From assembly GCA_013265495.1 (NCBI GenBank), contig MU063252.1:930001-994000 (forward strand): DNA of 64,000 nucleotides, written 5' to 3'. Below the pieces are notes generated by a model. That model was not told the origin of the DNA and did no database searches. It saw only the letters and a program-made list of their open reading frames with translations. Below are positions 35,236 through 49,620 of the stretch, piece by piece (within the stretch, counting starts at the first letter, position 1; each line of letters begins with the position of its first letter). Origin of the DNA: Vicugna vicugna. Lineage: Eukaryota. Made by a program: the position numbers and the translations under genes.

Positions 35236-36479
35236 CTATCCCATTTATTTTGTGTTTTTCTCGAGTTAAAGGAAGAAGTTTAAAAATTTGAATGGACCTG
35301 CCTCCTTTGTAATCTCACAGAGTAATTGTTAATGGTCCACGCTCTAGTTTCCCAGATGACTTTTGGGAAACTTACAAAAGTCAAACAAATAGAACATACA
35401 GGAAAATCTATAATATGAAAAACAGCCTACATCATTTAGAAATCAATTAGTAATTATCAGTGTTTCGGCATCATTAGGGCTTGTGGATAAACTGAAGATT
35501 ATGATTTACTTTTTCTTGGTTATAAATCATCTTTCGCCACTAGGGAATGAATTCAATTCTGGCTCAAAACAAAAATCTGCTCTGAATAAAATGTATATAG
35601 TAATCCTGAGAATTAAGAGCACAATTAGATTTTATGAGAGATTTTGAGAACCAAGGAAATATCAGCCCTTCATATCTTACTTGTTCTTTTAATGAGGTGG
35701 AACATATTTCAGAATACTCAGCAAAATGATGATTAGTATTTGTTTGAAATAAAAATTGTGATGCATTTCAAGGTCAATTCAAAAGGCTTGAGTTTGAATA
35801 CATTTGTGATCCTCAAGGTTGGGAAATATATGTGGCTTAATGAAAATGTTTCTCTTTTTTTCTATTTAATCAAGCATACAATTGAATTGATAAAAATTAT
35901 GAATCAAATTAGGCCAGCTATATCATATATGTCTAAAAACAATATGCATGACTATGACCTTACAAACAAATATAATTTAAAAATAATTACTCAGTTCTGT
36001 ATTTCTTTTGAATGCAAGCAATCCTTGGACTAAAATATGCCATTGCATTTTGTTTTTAGAGATTATTTCTACAGTTATTGTGAAAGGTCAGTATTTACAT
36101 CAGAAGCAGGGACTGGGAAGTTCTGGATTTGTCCTGAACTTGTCACTAATGATAAGACTTTGTAAAAATTTCTTAACTTCCAGTCCAGAGTTTCTACATT
36201 TGAAAATTAAGGCAATTAAAGGAGAGAGGAGGTAACTGCCAGCTGTTTGTTATATTTGCTTTGTAAAAGCAGGTAAATTTGTCACGTAATTTTCTCAAGC
36301 GTCTACAATTTTTAAATCTGAATTGCTTTTATTACTTATTTCTATCCATTATAGGAAAGTAGATAATAAACTATAATAAAAAGCAAAGGTCTCTATTAAT
36401 ATCATCACCTGGATATACACACTGTCAGCAAAATGATCACTAAACCTTCAGTTTCCTTGGGAATTCACATGCATGTACA

Positions 36480-37150
36480 TGAAATAGATAGTATCATACA
36501 TTAAGTTTTATAATATGATTTCTGCACATTTTGCGAACATCTTTTGATGCCGTCTAACATGTTTCTATGACATAGTGTCTAATGGTTGCATAGAATTTCA
36601 TTGTATGGCTGCACCATGTTTATTAAATCAGTCCTCTCTTGATGGACTTTATGATTATTTGGGGGAAGGTTTTAATATTATGAATGAAACTCTATTAAGC
36701 CATCCTGTATATTCATATTTGATGCAATTATTAAGTTTTCCCCCTAAATTCTTCGAAGTGGGATTACTGGAACCCAGAGCTGGTCCATTTTATCTATTGA
36801 TACTTATTACAAAGCTATACTTCCTCTGAAAAACTGCTAATTTGACAAGTTAAAAATAATGCCAAAATAATAGTGTTGTGGTTGTAACGGGACTGAAATT
36901 TACTGAGGAATTTGGAAGGAAATTTACTTCTTGAAGTATTGTTTCTTCCCGTCGAAGAGCATACTATGTCTCATCTCTTATACAGATTCTTTTATGTCTT
37001 TCTGTAAAATTTTACAGTTTTCTTTGTGTAAGTCTTGCAGATTTCTTGTTCAATTTATTCCCATAGGCCCTACATAATTCTTGTTAAATTCAGTACTTCA
37101 TAATTTTTATGGTTATTGTGAATGGGATTTTTATATCCAATGATTATTTT
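36480..37150 (-). mobile_element. Old L1M fragments
   Basis: aatggttgcatagaatttcattgtatggctgcaccatgtttatt...gatggact and ttttacagttttctttgtgtaagtcttgcagatttcttgttcaatttattcc. Confidence 0.65.
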
Positions 37151-38856
37151 TGATTCTTGGCCAAAAGAACAAACGCATATAACCATCCTCGCAGGGGTGT
37201 CTTTTAATTTTATAACTCAAGAGTACCATTTCCATTTCAATTTGTGCATGAGGTGCCTTGGATGTTCCTAACATATTCAAAATGTATATGCAGAAACATT
37301 GTGCATTTTTGGCAGTTTGTTATATGTCCAATTAATGTAAACATTTAAAAAATGGTTTTATTTCGGCTTCAGTCTTCTATATAGGATTCATTTACTTTGA
37401 TCCGTAGAAGCAACACAAATTACCGCGGAGGGCATAATCTTAAAGATTCCTTTTCTTCCTTTAACCTTATTGAGTAAAGTTTAGATTTAAAGCAATAGAC
37501 TCTGCTTAATATATTCCGGTTTTTTTTGAACATAATAACTTTATGAAAATAAGAATTTTGGGGGGAAGTAGTAAGCCAAATTAACATCTAAATTCTGGTG
37601 TATATTACATGAAGTGTGGATGACTTAATTACAGATAATTGAAGAGGGGCTATTCCATGTTGAGAACAGTTTTAACACCAGAAAATAATACAGCATAGCT
37701 GATACAGTGTACATGACTATTGCCAGAAATATCTGTTCCAGAGTGAAGAGTTTGCTAGGTTTAACACTACATCTGATGATGGCTTATCCACAGACTCGAT
37801 GAGCAAAATTTGAGAACTATAAAAGCATTTGCATTACGGCAAATTCTAAATTATGATTGGTTTGACTGTTTTAAATACACTGACTTGTCAATATGTACAA
37901 TTGTAATGATCACTCTTCAGCTAGAATAGTTCAGTTGTGCATGAAATTGAGATTTCTAGAAAATATCTCAATGTCTGTTACAAGTTTAGAGAAAACATAC
38001 CATATACATTTTGCTAGATTTAGTGACTCCTTAGTTGAATTGTAACTTTTGTGTTGGTTAAGTCAGGTGTGCCATTTGAGAAAAAGCAAAAGCTCAGAAG
38101 TTGTAGGAGAAGAGAACTCTTATAAACTAGCCTCACATTGTCAGTAGTATGTAGTGTTTGGCTGTCACACACAGACATACGCACATATATGCATACACAT
38201 GAAATATAAAACTGAGGATGAAATGGCTATTTTTTTCTAAGTAATTATTTATTACTTATCACCAAGTATCCACTTATCAGGTTGAACTTTTTAATACTGG
38301 TAAACTTAAGTTCGATGCAATGAATAGACTGGGATAAAATATGAACTAACAGTGCCACCTACATCAGCTTGAAAAGACCGTACATCCTTGGGCAGGAAGA
38401 TGTGCTTCCTGTGACTCAGTGTAGGCAATCTAAAATAAAGCTGGAATTCCATGCTATTTTGCATGAGTTTACTGAATATATATTTTCCTATGCAAAGTGA
38501 AATGTCTGTATTAGGTGAATCTTTTTGTATTAAAGTATTGCTGTGCTACACTTCAATAAATTAAGACTTGATTGATGTATCAAGAGATTGCTGTATTAGA
38601 TCTTTTGACAACTGTCCCTTGGTTCTGTATATTTTAATAAAAAATACATAGTACTATCATAAAAAGAATATTTCTTACAGCACAATTGAAAGGGAATACA
38701 GATTTATTTCCCTTCTTAAAAGAAAATTATGACATTTTATCTTTAAAGAAACACTTCAGAATATTTTTAAACTGGATTTTAGTAAGACATGCCTTTGACG
38801 ATGGTGCTTATTTTTTTTTTTGGCTAGTGTTGGCAAAAAATATTGATATTTTAGAG

Positions 38857-39055
38857 CAGAAGTAAACCACATATGGCTGAGGGCCTATGTTTAAGAATAA
38901 GCTTTTATTGGAACATAGACATGCCCATCTGGTTACGTATTACCCCTGTCTACCTTTGCACTCTAAAGACAGTGAGTAGTTACAATGGAAACCGTGTGGC
39001 CTGCAGAGGCCAAAATGTTTACCGTGGGGTCAGTACAGAAAAAAAAATTTTTTTT
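38857..39055. mobile_element. MER58A
   Basis: aataagcttttattggaacatagacatgcccatctggttacgtatt...gtgagtagttacaatggaaaccgtgtggcctgcagaggccaaaatgtttac...tacagaaaaaa. Confidence 0.85.
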
Positions 39056-39587
39056 CTGCTGTTCGTTTTGGAACAATAAGTTCCAAATGCTATGGATGTA
39101 AACCAGTGGAAGAGGTAACCTATGAAATTGCATCTCACTACTTGGTTTTCCTGCTTGTATATCTGTTAGGACTTTACTTGAAAGAGGAATGGTTCAAAAA
39201 AAAAAAAGAATGTGTTAAAGGTGTGACTTCATGGAGAAATACATTTTACTAAAGCATAATAAGGAAAACATCTTGAGTATTAAGACTGAAATAATTATGG
39301 AAAATACTGTGAGGCTCTTTGTCTCGTATTAATTATCTCAGATTTGCTTTTCAACTGTCAAAGATAGTTTTTAAAAAGAGCGATAGCAACTATGTTCAGG
39401 TTTGTTTTGTAGCAAATTATGAAGTTTTATGAACTAGTAACATATGGATGCTTTTGAGATTGATAGAAGAATTCGAATCAAGAAAATCTTTTTGACTCTG
39501 GTCTTTGAAAAATTTGAGAAATAGTATCATAGTGATGCTTCATGAGGGCAGAGCTTTGTCTGTTCTCTTTTTCCTTTTTTTCTTCTT

Positions 39588-39655
39588 CTTTTTTTTAAAA
39601 TTGAAGTATAGTCGATTTGCAGTGTTGTGTTAGTTTCCGGTTTATGGCATAGTTT
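39588..39655 (-). mobile_element. Short L1 3'-end fragment
   Basis: T-run followed by aattgaagtatagtcgatttgcagtgttgtgttagtttccggt...gcatagt. Confidence 0.75.
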
Positions 39656-40479
39656 TCTTGATTATTCCAGTGACAGCCAGGTCTAGCTCAAGAAGGTTCT
39701 GACTCATGGAAGTTACATAAGAAATGAATTCAACTCATGTTAGAATAACCAAAAATTCCTTCTGTTAATTCTTTTTGCCCTTAAGAAGTTGCAGTGCAAC
39801 AAAATCATTGTTTTGTTCAGAAGTCTTTATCTTTGCTTACATTCAACCTGCAATTTTTATTCAAGGGTATTTTCACTGATTTTTCAGAATTTGCTCTTGG
39901 AGGTGGTTGTACAGCATGGTCACAGTAGTCCCACAGTTACGTAAGGGTCTGCATGTCAGTGAAGACACACAGAATTCTTCAAAGAGTGCTCCCCAACTTG
40001 GCATCTTCAAGGCAGAAGGCATTCACTCCTGCAGTTTGTATACTGGAATCATAGCTAGGATTAAAAACCAAAGAGCAGAGACAAGCAGGAGTACCAGATT
40101 GTACATAAAGTGAGGTATGAACGTTGCGAATTAACACTTAATAAATATACGATAATATTACATGTAAGGTGAGCAGGAAAAGTAACAATGAATTAATTTC
40201 TCCTATCAGACAAATAAAGCCAAGTTTTAACCTCATTCCTGGAACATCATTATTAATACTGTCTTTGAAGTCGGTTGAAATGTATTTAAAGAACAGAATG
40301 AAACACAATCTGGTTTTTATTGCTTGATTGGAACTAAATGCATTTGGTTGTTACTTCTCCAACTGGTAGCAATGTAGTTTTCTTTCTTAAAACTGACGAA
40401 AGCAGGTTTACTCGTGAAAATTGATGGGGTGTCTGTTTCACTTCGATGTTTTTATAAACCCTGGTGGCATTTTGTAATA

Positions 40480-40700
40480 GTTGAAAATCCAGGATCTAGA
40501 ATTTTGGTCTTCTAATAATGAGCTGTGTAACATGGTCCAAATTACTTAATTCATTAAGCTGTCCATTTTCTCATCTATAGAGTAGGAGTAGTACTAATAT
40601 TAGCCTTAAAATATTAATTAAATTATTTTAAAAATTAAATTATTTAATATACACTGAAGGCTTAGTAAAGTTCTTTGCACATAATAAATCTTGATAAATA
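40480..40700 (+). mobile_element. MIR SINE
   Basis: gagctgtgtaacatggtccaaattacttaattc...ttttctcatctatagagtagg. Confidence 0.7.
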
Positions 40701-42277
40701 ATATCTATTAATGTTACACACACATAAATTTAATTTTGTCTGATGCCACAAGACCTCTGACATATTTGTGATTTCAATTTGTACAGAATGGACAGCAAAC
40801 CAAGGGTAATGCTATCTTTAAGATAATTCTTTGACCATGATAATTCAGTTGTCAAAGAAACTGTGTGGTAGAAAGAAATTCCAGGGCACTAGGCTGTATT
40901 CTAAAGCTGATCACCTACCCTCTGGTGTGTGATCTCAAGTAAGTAATTTTTTCCTCCTCTCTGGACCAGAGTTACATGTCTCTTGGGGGAGTGGGGAAGG
41001 ATTGGGTTACTATATCCTTCTAGCTCTGAAATCCTGAAAATTCTGAGTCTAAAAAATTTAAAAAAAAAATTTTAATTGTTAAATTTGCAACCAAAGTTGG
41101 AAAGAACTATTAAAAAAAAAAAAAAGAAGGAATTGCTTGTTAGGCCAGAAAAGAGCCGACAAATAGTAGTTGTATTGTTTCTCAGAAAGTGTGCTTCTTT
41201 CCCACTGAATGTTTTGCAGTTGTTTTGCAGGATAAGCACTTTGCTAAGTCTGTAGACCTTTGTGGGCAGAACCCTCCCAAGGTGTTCTGTCTGCAGGAGG
41301 AGGCTGTGAGGTTGTTAGAAGCTAGTGTTTCTGTATGCTATTATCTGTTCCCTCTTCTGAGAAGAATTTTATGGAGGAGCTAAAATGTGAAGCAAAACGC
41401 CAGCTCTACTCTCAGTTCTTTACAGGAGTAGTTTTCTTTCTGAATCCAATGTGTCTAACCTTAGAAGTGTGATAATACCTCGGAGGCTGCTAAATGTACA
41501 TCCAAGTCAACAAGAGCTTCGTCTTCCAAAGACAAAGATCAGAGGCTCGTATATAGAAAGTGACACCCTTCTTTTTGGAAATAGCATGGGATTTCACCTT
41601 GGGAAATGCCAGTGCCCTTACAGCATGACTTTGTAGCTTCCCTTTGCCTTCTGTGACAGAGGACAAGAAAAGAACAAATTGTACGCTTAGTAGTGCTGGA
41701 AAGACAACTCAGTCTTTTCCGATACATTTGGAAGTCGTTGCCAGGGTCATTCTCAGAGTGTGAAAAATAAGAAATAAAACACATATGTTTGGAATGCACG
41801 TCCCTTCCTACCTTCAAAGGTTGATTTACTTGCTTTGCCAAGGCAGAAATCTATGACTTTGACATCACAGAGTTGCTCAGATCTCAACACCCATAGTTTG
41901 ATTTAGGTATGGTCTTTCAATTTTATTTTTAATTTAATGTGTGCTACCAAGGCTCTTTCCTGGTTGAGTATAAGTAGTTAGAACAATGATAATACCAATA
42001 CTAACATTCTGCATTTGAGGATTTTTAGAAGCACTTGCATGTACCCTACCTCATTTGATCCTCCCATCATTTCTGTGGGGTGGACATAACATGTGTTTGT
42101 GTATCTTTCCTTCCCTCCCTCTCTCTTTCTTTCTCTTTTTGAAAAAAATCCAGAGTTGCTAAGTGACTTAGTAAAACTTACTCATATGGTTAACTAAATA
42201 GCAGAGTTTGAGGTAGAATCTTGATTTTATAGACTCAAATCCAGCATTCTGCATACTAATTCAGGAAGCAAGTTAGT

Positions 42278-42391
42278 ATGAATGTATGTATGTATATGCA
42301 TGACTGGGACGTGGTGCTGTGTACCAGAAATTGACACATTGTAACTGAGGGTACTTCAAAAAAAAATAATGATAATAATGATTAAAAAAAA
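42278..42391 (+). mobile_element. Extremely 5'-truncated L1 insertion with A-rich tail and TSD
   Basis: L1 3' end atgcatgactgggacgtggtgctgtgtaccagaaattgacacattgtaactga...cttcaaaaaaaaa. TSD gaagcaagttagt (42265-42277) and gaagcaggttagt (42392-42404). Confidence 0.85.
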
Positions 42392-43019
42392 GAAGCAGGT
42401 TAGTGGAAGTAGAATCAAGGAAAAGATTTGTTAAGGTATTAAGAAAGAGTGATGGAGGGTTTGATACCAGGGTTAAGGTACTTGGAGCAGGCACCAAATA
42501 CATTCCTTTAAAAAGCCGATAAACCTAATAGTTAATCCAAAAGGAGCAGCTTGAATTTGCTAAGCATCGTTTGATTTTAATGCGTTGAGTAATCTCGGGA
42601 AACCGCTAAAACCAATGGTCTTCCAGCTTTTCTGTCCCCATGAGATTTGCCTAGCTTTGAAGGATTGGCACACTTAATCAAGCATCATAAATCATAGATG
42701 TTTCTAGTTACAACCAACAGAGCCGATCTCTTGCAGACAACCCCCCAAAATCAGTAAATATGATTTGTCATACCTGTTTTCTGAGGCAGTGTATTGCATT
42801 GGTTATTGTTTGGCAAATTTTATTGATCATTGAGGTCTAATGTGGCAAGCTGTGATGAGTTTAGCCATGCTCCCTTTTTTGTTCATTTCTCAGAGGCAAA
42901 TATGCTTTATCCATGGTCCTAGAGCCCATACAAAAACAACAGAGCTTCTGCCCTGGCACTACCCAGGGTACCAACTATGATAGGATGTATGCATTCCTGT
43001 GAGTGGTTTCATAGTCCAT

Positions 43020-43140
43020 GGTCTGGACACGGATGGACTGCATTAACATTTCAAGCAGGCATAAACTTAGGCAAGTTACTAGTTCCTGAGCCTCAGTTTC
43101 CTCATCTGTACAGTAAAGTAAGTGTCCTCCTAGAGTTACC
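43020..43140 (+). mobile_element. MIR core
   Basis: ttaggcaagttactagttcctgagcctcagtttcctcatctgtacagt. Confidence 0.8.
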
Positions 43141-46100
43141 GCCAATTAGATATGATGGTCTTCAACTTTCTTGGGATACTTCCCGGGTGAAGAAAGCATT
43201 CAGCATTCATTAAAAATCAGCTTTAATACATACGAATGTTGGCGATCACAGTATGTCAAAAAAAGAGGGACACTCTTCCCAAAGCAGCTATGGTAAAAAG
43301 AGATGCAATAGTGTGCAGCTGGTAACTGAATATTAAGAATTTGAACAGACTAAAATAAGGAAAGGAGTCTTTTCATTTTGTAACTCCAGAGTTACATAAA
43401 GACTTGTTCTTTGTTAAATTAAAGCATGCAAATAAAAATTAGCAAAGCAAAAAGGCATCTTACAAGTTCACTATGTCCCAATCTCCCGATTTTATGATGA
43501 AAGAGCTGAGTATCAGTTAGGTAAGTGTTCAAGGTCATAGGTGACGCCAGACAAGTAATCTGACATCCAGCTTTCGTAAGATTCTCCTCCCTGCATACTC
43601 TTAGAAACAGCTGCAGAAATACTTCCTAATTATACAGCTCACAAAATCTCGTGGCCAGGTGGGAGGCTTCGTTATTTTTTTTAAGTTGCGGGGAACTTTT
43701 TTCTCTTACCCTTAATGTCCTTATATTGCACTCGATAGTAAGTTATCCTAAAAGCAAGTCGCTAAGGCCTATTTTCTGCTCCATTTTAATGCAAAAGCTA
43801 ACATCAACACTGGCTAAAGAGGGAAAAAAACAACATTGGAAAAAAGAACTATAAAAAGGAAATATGATTATGGTGTTAGATGCCATTTAAAAAATCAAAT
43901 GTATTTTCTGTTCCACTTTGACCTTGCTTTTGCTTGTTGGAAAGATTTCTTTGACTTAACTTTTGTATCACAAGATTTGCAGATTTAGAGAACAAACGAA
44001 GTGCAGAATGACTTGCAAAATTTTATCTTTCCTCACCTTTGTGCACTTCCAAATCATTTGTCTTCTTCAATTGAGTTATTATTTTTTTAAATTTTAGTTT
44101 CCCATAAAAATGTTACTGGGACTTTTCTGAATTTAACCCTGTTCTTTTAATCTGCATTTCCTTTAGTAATGATGACCCATTGATTGATTGTCTTTGTGCT
44201 TTATTTTATTGATGCCTCAATCTTTGACAGGACTTACAGCTAACAAAATTATTTTTTAGCTACTTTTGTTGCATCTCCAAGGTTTCAGCATGAGGCTTCA
44301 TTGATTTTTTTTTCCCCCCTTCATCAGTAGAGATGGGGTGTCCACTCTTAGTTGTAGAATGATTCTCAGAAGGGTGGGTACCCAGAAGAGATATCATAAA
44401 GCCTTCTGTGTAAATTCATGGGTGTGTTTCTAAAAAAAAAAAAAAAGTGTACCTGTTCAAAAAAGGGTGGTGTCTTAGTGTAGACCAAATATAATCACTG
44501 TTCTTCAAGGAAAGCAATTTGGAAATTGGAAGGTAATTGAAATGAAGGTATGGTGAGTGCACTCTGGTGGTCTGTATGTGCGCACGGATCGATTTGTAGT
44601 CTCTTTTTAAAATGTTACCAGTTCAGCTGTGGCTCGTGGTCTCCAGAAGGAAACCTCTGACCTGCCTATTCGCCTGTTTTCTAGTATGTGCTGAAAGGTC
44701 ACAGCGGCTTTCAGAATAGTGACATCTGAACTTCACCTTTCTTTGCAGACTCTGAAATGGCCGTCTGAGCATGTTCCTTACCACTTCACAGGTTCTGCCC
44801 TGAAGCTGCATATGGTTCTTTGTTAACCTTTATAAAACTCAGAGTTCGTTGTTTCTGGGTTGGTGTCTAAGAAAACCACCACGACTGTTGTCCACAGTGA
44901 TTTGTTTCAAGAGTTAATAAATTCCACTTGGAATTAGGTTTTGATATTGGAACTTAGATCAATAGCTTGCGTTACAGGTATGACACAAAGAATTCTGGTT
45001 TAGTTTATAAGTAGTAGTTTGTAATATGTCTTTTATTACATATCTTCTCAAAATACCCAGGGACTTTATCAGTGTCTCCCTGTTTTTTTATTACCCTGCA
45101 TGAATCAGAACATGTCTCTGTTATGTGGGTATATTTATAGCAACTTCCAGAAATCTTTGGCTTCTGCAGGATGCAGTGTTTATGAATGGTCTGCTATCAA
45201 TAATCAACAATAACTTTACGGTCAAGTAACATCACCTGTAAAAGATTGCTTTATGTTGGGCTCGTAAATATAATAGATACATTTCCAACTTTCACAAACA
45301 AATGTACTCTTTACTGTATTACGAAAGGCAGGGAAACACAGAGGGTTTTAATTCATCATTAAAAACATTAATCTCGACTACCTGTTTTTCAGTTAAGTTA
45401 TAGTCCCCAGGGGTGGTGATGTCCCCAGCTGCAGATCTGGGTGAGGCCTCCTTTTTAGACAGACTACACCTTGGTCTTTATTTTCCTTATAATTTATTGT
45501 TGAGATCACTGGAATTTTTCTAGATCAGGAACTCCCATTCGCAAAGGGATTCTTTTCATTCATGTTTTATATTTTGTGTAAAATATTGAGACAATGATAA
45601 GCTTTCCCCATGCGGTCCAGAAAGCTTGGCGACAGCTCTTCTCTTCAGATCTACCTCAGTGTTCTCTCATGAACAGATCACACATTTGCAGTTTTATTTT
45701 GTCATCTCTGAGTTATTTCAGTCACCCTTCCTTCTCGCCAAAGTTTGGATAGGTTATGTTCTAGACTCAGCCCTTTAAACAGACCCCTGTGGCGTTAAGG
45801 CACGATTCTGTGACTTAATCTGACCCATTTGGCAGCCTGGATGTAAAGAGCGATGCGGTCGGTGGGTCCCTTTAAGTGCAGCAATGCTCAGCCAGATTAC
45901 ACTGGGCATCTGGAGAGGGATTTTACATCTGTTTCCCCTCCAGGTTTTCTTCCAGGCTACAAGGAGGATGAGCGGCACAGACATAAAAATGCGTGTGTGC
46001 TACCTTCTATTACCCTACGTGAGTTCACCAAAGTCACAGGGGAGAACTGTAGTTACCCTCCATACTTGTAAGTCAGGATCAAAGTAAATTAACTCTTTGA

Positions 46101-46356
46101 AATATACTCATATTTTTTTGTTGTGACCTCATCCTTTGCTACACAAATTTATTGTCAGAGAGAAACTCAAATTTGAGTGAATCCCAGCCCTAAGGACCCA
46201 GTGTTATATATCTCATGAGATCTAGAGTCTTTTATGTTGCCTTTGGCAGATATGACCTTATTAATTCTTGCAGAATGATGTGGGAAGACTTTTTTCTCAG
46301 GGTCACTGACCTAACTCCTTGAGAGATATAAGAGGGAAGTTTTTCTTCCTCTCAAG

Positions 46357-46415
46357 GACACTGTCATGGTGACCACATATACCTTATAGACACTATCATG
46401 GTGACCACATCTACC
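46357..46415. repeat. Tandem duplication, 32-bp period
   Basis: gacactgtcatggtgaccacatatacc (46357) and gacactatcatggtgaccacatctacc (46389); 25/27 identical. Confidence 0.9.
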
Positions 46416-47289
46416 CGATATTATTCATCTTGTCCCAGTTCTTCCTCCATCACAGCTGTCTTTGTGAAAAATTTGGGCACAGGCATCTAATGCATGCTTC
46501 ATAGAATGCTCCTCATCTTGCCAGTTTCTGCTCTGTCAATTCATATGTCATCCCATAGTAACTGCCTGACCCATCAACATTCACTCCTAGGGCAGAATAG
46601 GGTCTAGCAAGTTATCTGAAAAACTGATTCTGCTTTACAGACATAAAAAAGGTGAGCTATTGACTAAGTGAGAGGAGGTGAGATGTTCTCCTAGGTATGG
46701 ATTGTGGCTGGGGACGAAAGTAGAGACATCTCAAGGACTAGGAACTAATGGATGTGAGTGACGGTGCTTTTCAGTCCCTTGAGTCAGAGCTTCATTTCTG
46801 TCTTTGTCTCTGTGTCCTGGGCTATCGATAGCAGTCTGTTGTGCCTTTTTGTTTGGATTATTTGAACATGGGTGAAGCAAAACATGTTATAGGACAAAGT
46901 CAATTGCAATTCCTTAGTAAGAGTATTTGGTGGAGTGTGCTGGACAGTGACGCTTGCAAAAATAAAATCCGTTGTGTTGAAATCTTCCTCAAAGACAAGA
47001 ACTAGGTCTTCTCTTTCTTTGTAAGCTCCACAGCACTTATATCAGAAGAGTGTGACGTATTAGAAACAGCATTGCTCTTGAAGTCATAAAATAGCTGAGC
47101 TCAAGTTCAAGTTCAGTCTTCTGTTAATTACGTATGTTTATGTATGTTTGGGGAGATTTCATTGCCTTACTTATCTCCACTTTTCTACTCCATAATTTGG
47201 GCACAGAAGTGATTACCTTTGGTCACTGTGATGAAATTGTACGTGTCTTCTGCAGAAACCACAGTATGTTTCCACGCAAGAGGAGTTTG

Positions 47290-47480
47290 GAAGTCCGGCA
47301 GTCCCTTACCAGCTGTGAAGCCACAGCTGATTCACATAGTTTCCTCAGCTGCAAAGCTGGGGTAATGATAATATCTACCTCATGGGATGGTTGTGACGAT
47401 TAAATAAAAGAATCTATAGAAAGCCCTGAGTACTTTACACTTAGTAACTATTAAACATTCAGTACACATTAGCTAAAATA
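47290..47480 (+). mobile_element. MIR SINE
   Basis: agtttcctcagctgcaaagctggggtaatgataatatctacctcatgggatggttgtgacgattaaat. Confidence 0.8.
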
Positions 47481-48685
47481 TCAAGCAAAATATATGGCAG
47501 AGCAGGTAGGATTAGTCATCAAAAGTAAAAGTTCTTCAACTTAAGTACTTTTATATGCAGGTTATGCTGGTGAGTATTATTTTGCAGATGAGGAAAGTGA
47601 GACTGAGAGATAACATGCAATGCATATAGCCACTCCACTAGGAAGTGCTAGGTTCAAGACTCAGTCTTGCAAGCAATACTCCGTGCTCATTTACTAAAGC
47701 AGCTGCCACTTGACAAACTCCGTGAAGTAGCAGGCAGACGAGTTACCCAGGAATCAGGCCAACATTTGCACACCGGATTAGCCCTGCCCTGACTTCCTCA
47801 CCTTCCTTTCCAGTGTGCTGTTTGCGCTTTCATTCTTCTGAAATTACGACGTCTGTTTTGGATACCTGTTGATTATTTCATAAACGTGTTTTCTTACCTA
47901 TAAAGCAAATATGTTAATGGGTTTCTCCTGAAGCTATTTGAGAATTACACGTTTAGTATATTGAAAATAATCTTTAAGAGTTCCAGCCACAGAGTAGGAA
48001 TTCATAAATTATTTTTGTTATTAACAGAGAAGAGGCAAATTCCTTTATCAGCTCTTCTGCATATGCTTCTAACCTTTAGCTCTAAGAAGCTTAGTTAATA
48101 CATTTGCATGGTAATTAAAAATCAGTGACGTTTAAAGAAACTTAAATCCAGTGTGGAATTAATAGGCTATGTGAAGCATGCCAGAACTTAAATATTTTGT
48201 TTAGCTAATTAAAGTGCTTAGGAAAAATAAGAACAGAGAAATCTGTAGTAAAATTGAGTTCCTCACAGCTACACTTGTATGTAATCATATACTTATTTAT
48301 TTCCCAAAGTACAAAGCTCTGTTTTGCAAATTGTCTCCTGGGTAGAATGGAACATATCTTTCAATGATAGACTCATATTGCTGAAAACAAAAGTTTTATT
48401 TTAACTTTGATTTTCTTTTTGCATTTTAATTTTTGTTTTTGCGCTCACAGTTAGTAGAAGTTTAAATATGGCTTAGGGAAGTCTTGAAGATTTTAATGTA
48501 GAAGTGATTAGGAGGGTACTTTTAGTTCTTAAAAAATGTCACTTAAAGAAGAGGTTGACTTAAGAGACTGAGTTATCTTTCCAAGCCATATTTCAAGTGA
48601 ACTCAGTAGCAGTGGAAATTAACTGGTCTAAATGGATACAGTATTATTGCATATGGCAGCATCAACAAATATGGATTAACGATAT

Positions 48686-48716
48686 TGTGATGGTTAATTT
48701 CATGTGTCACCTTGAT
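48686..48716 (+). mobile_element. 31-bp stub resembling the 5' end of an MLT2 (ERVL) LTR
   Basis: tgtgatggttaatttcatgtgtcaccttga resembles the recalled MLT2 start, but similarity stops abruptly. Confidence 0.45.
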
Positions 48717-49239
48717 CCTAACTAACGCAAGTATAACATCTACCCCTTAATGAACATTTGCTCTGCTAAGGCCTTGGGTTAACATACATTGCCTTATTTA
48801 AAAATCATTAATAATTCTGAGACTAAGGTGTTTTTAATGTGAAGAAACTAGAGGCCAGAAAGAGTAAGCCATCTCCTACGCTCACACATCACGTAAATAG
48901 AGGGGGCCAGTTTGGCTCAAAATCTAAGCCAAAGTTTGAGATGAATGGAGTATGGAATGGTGGGTGGATGTTAACTTTGGGTGAGGAACCTGGGAGACGT
49001 CAGAGCACTATAGAGTTGTCTAAAAGGTCAAAATTCAACCGTGACTCCTCTGTACGTAAGTTTCATAATTAGTGCACAGTATCTTACATGCACACTGAGG
49101 ACTATTTTCAGACAGTCATTTTGTAAGAATGACTCCATTTAAGTGTGTATATTTATATAATTTAATGATAGAAATAAGGAAAGGAAATTTACTTTCTCAT
49201 TTTTATTTTTATTTATTTTTTCAACAAATACTCTTAAGC

Positions 49240-49620
49240 ATTTGCTCTAGGGCAGAAACTCTTCTACATGTGTTTTATATTTAGGAGGTGAAAAGATGAA
49301 CACAACAGACCAGATTGTCTATATTATGATATTTCTTCTAGTACAGGAGACAAGCAATAATCAAGTCAACATGCAAATAAGAATGTTATACCTTATTCTG
49401 TGCAGGAAATAAACAGGTGGATGATGAGAGAGTAATTTAGGGTGGAGGGACTGTTTTGGAATAAGGAGGGTGAGCCTTTCCAAGAGGTTACGTTTAAGCT
49501 TGTGATGCAGGGTTGGGAGGATGCCACCACTGGGAAGAGTTGAAGGAAGAGTGTCCAAAACTGTGGTCAAATAATTAGCAAACACATCTGCAACTGTGTA
49601 AGCAGCAGTGTCAGGTGATG
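49240..49620 (-). mobile_element. L2 LINE 3' fragment
   Basis: ttcaacaaatactcttaagcatttgctctagggcag...gatgaacacaacagacc...ctagtacaggagacaagcaat. Confidence 0.7.

Noticed and set aside
38291-38301. gttcgatgc Pol III B-box-like motif
   Set aside because: No A box or tRNA/SINE body around it.
44231-44250. cag|gacttacagctaaca resembles the start of the next GABRB exon (DYTLTM)
   Set aside because: It translates DLQLTK and does not continue as MYFQQ; coincidental.
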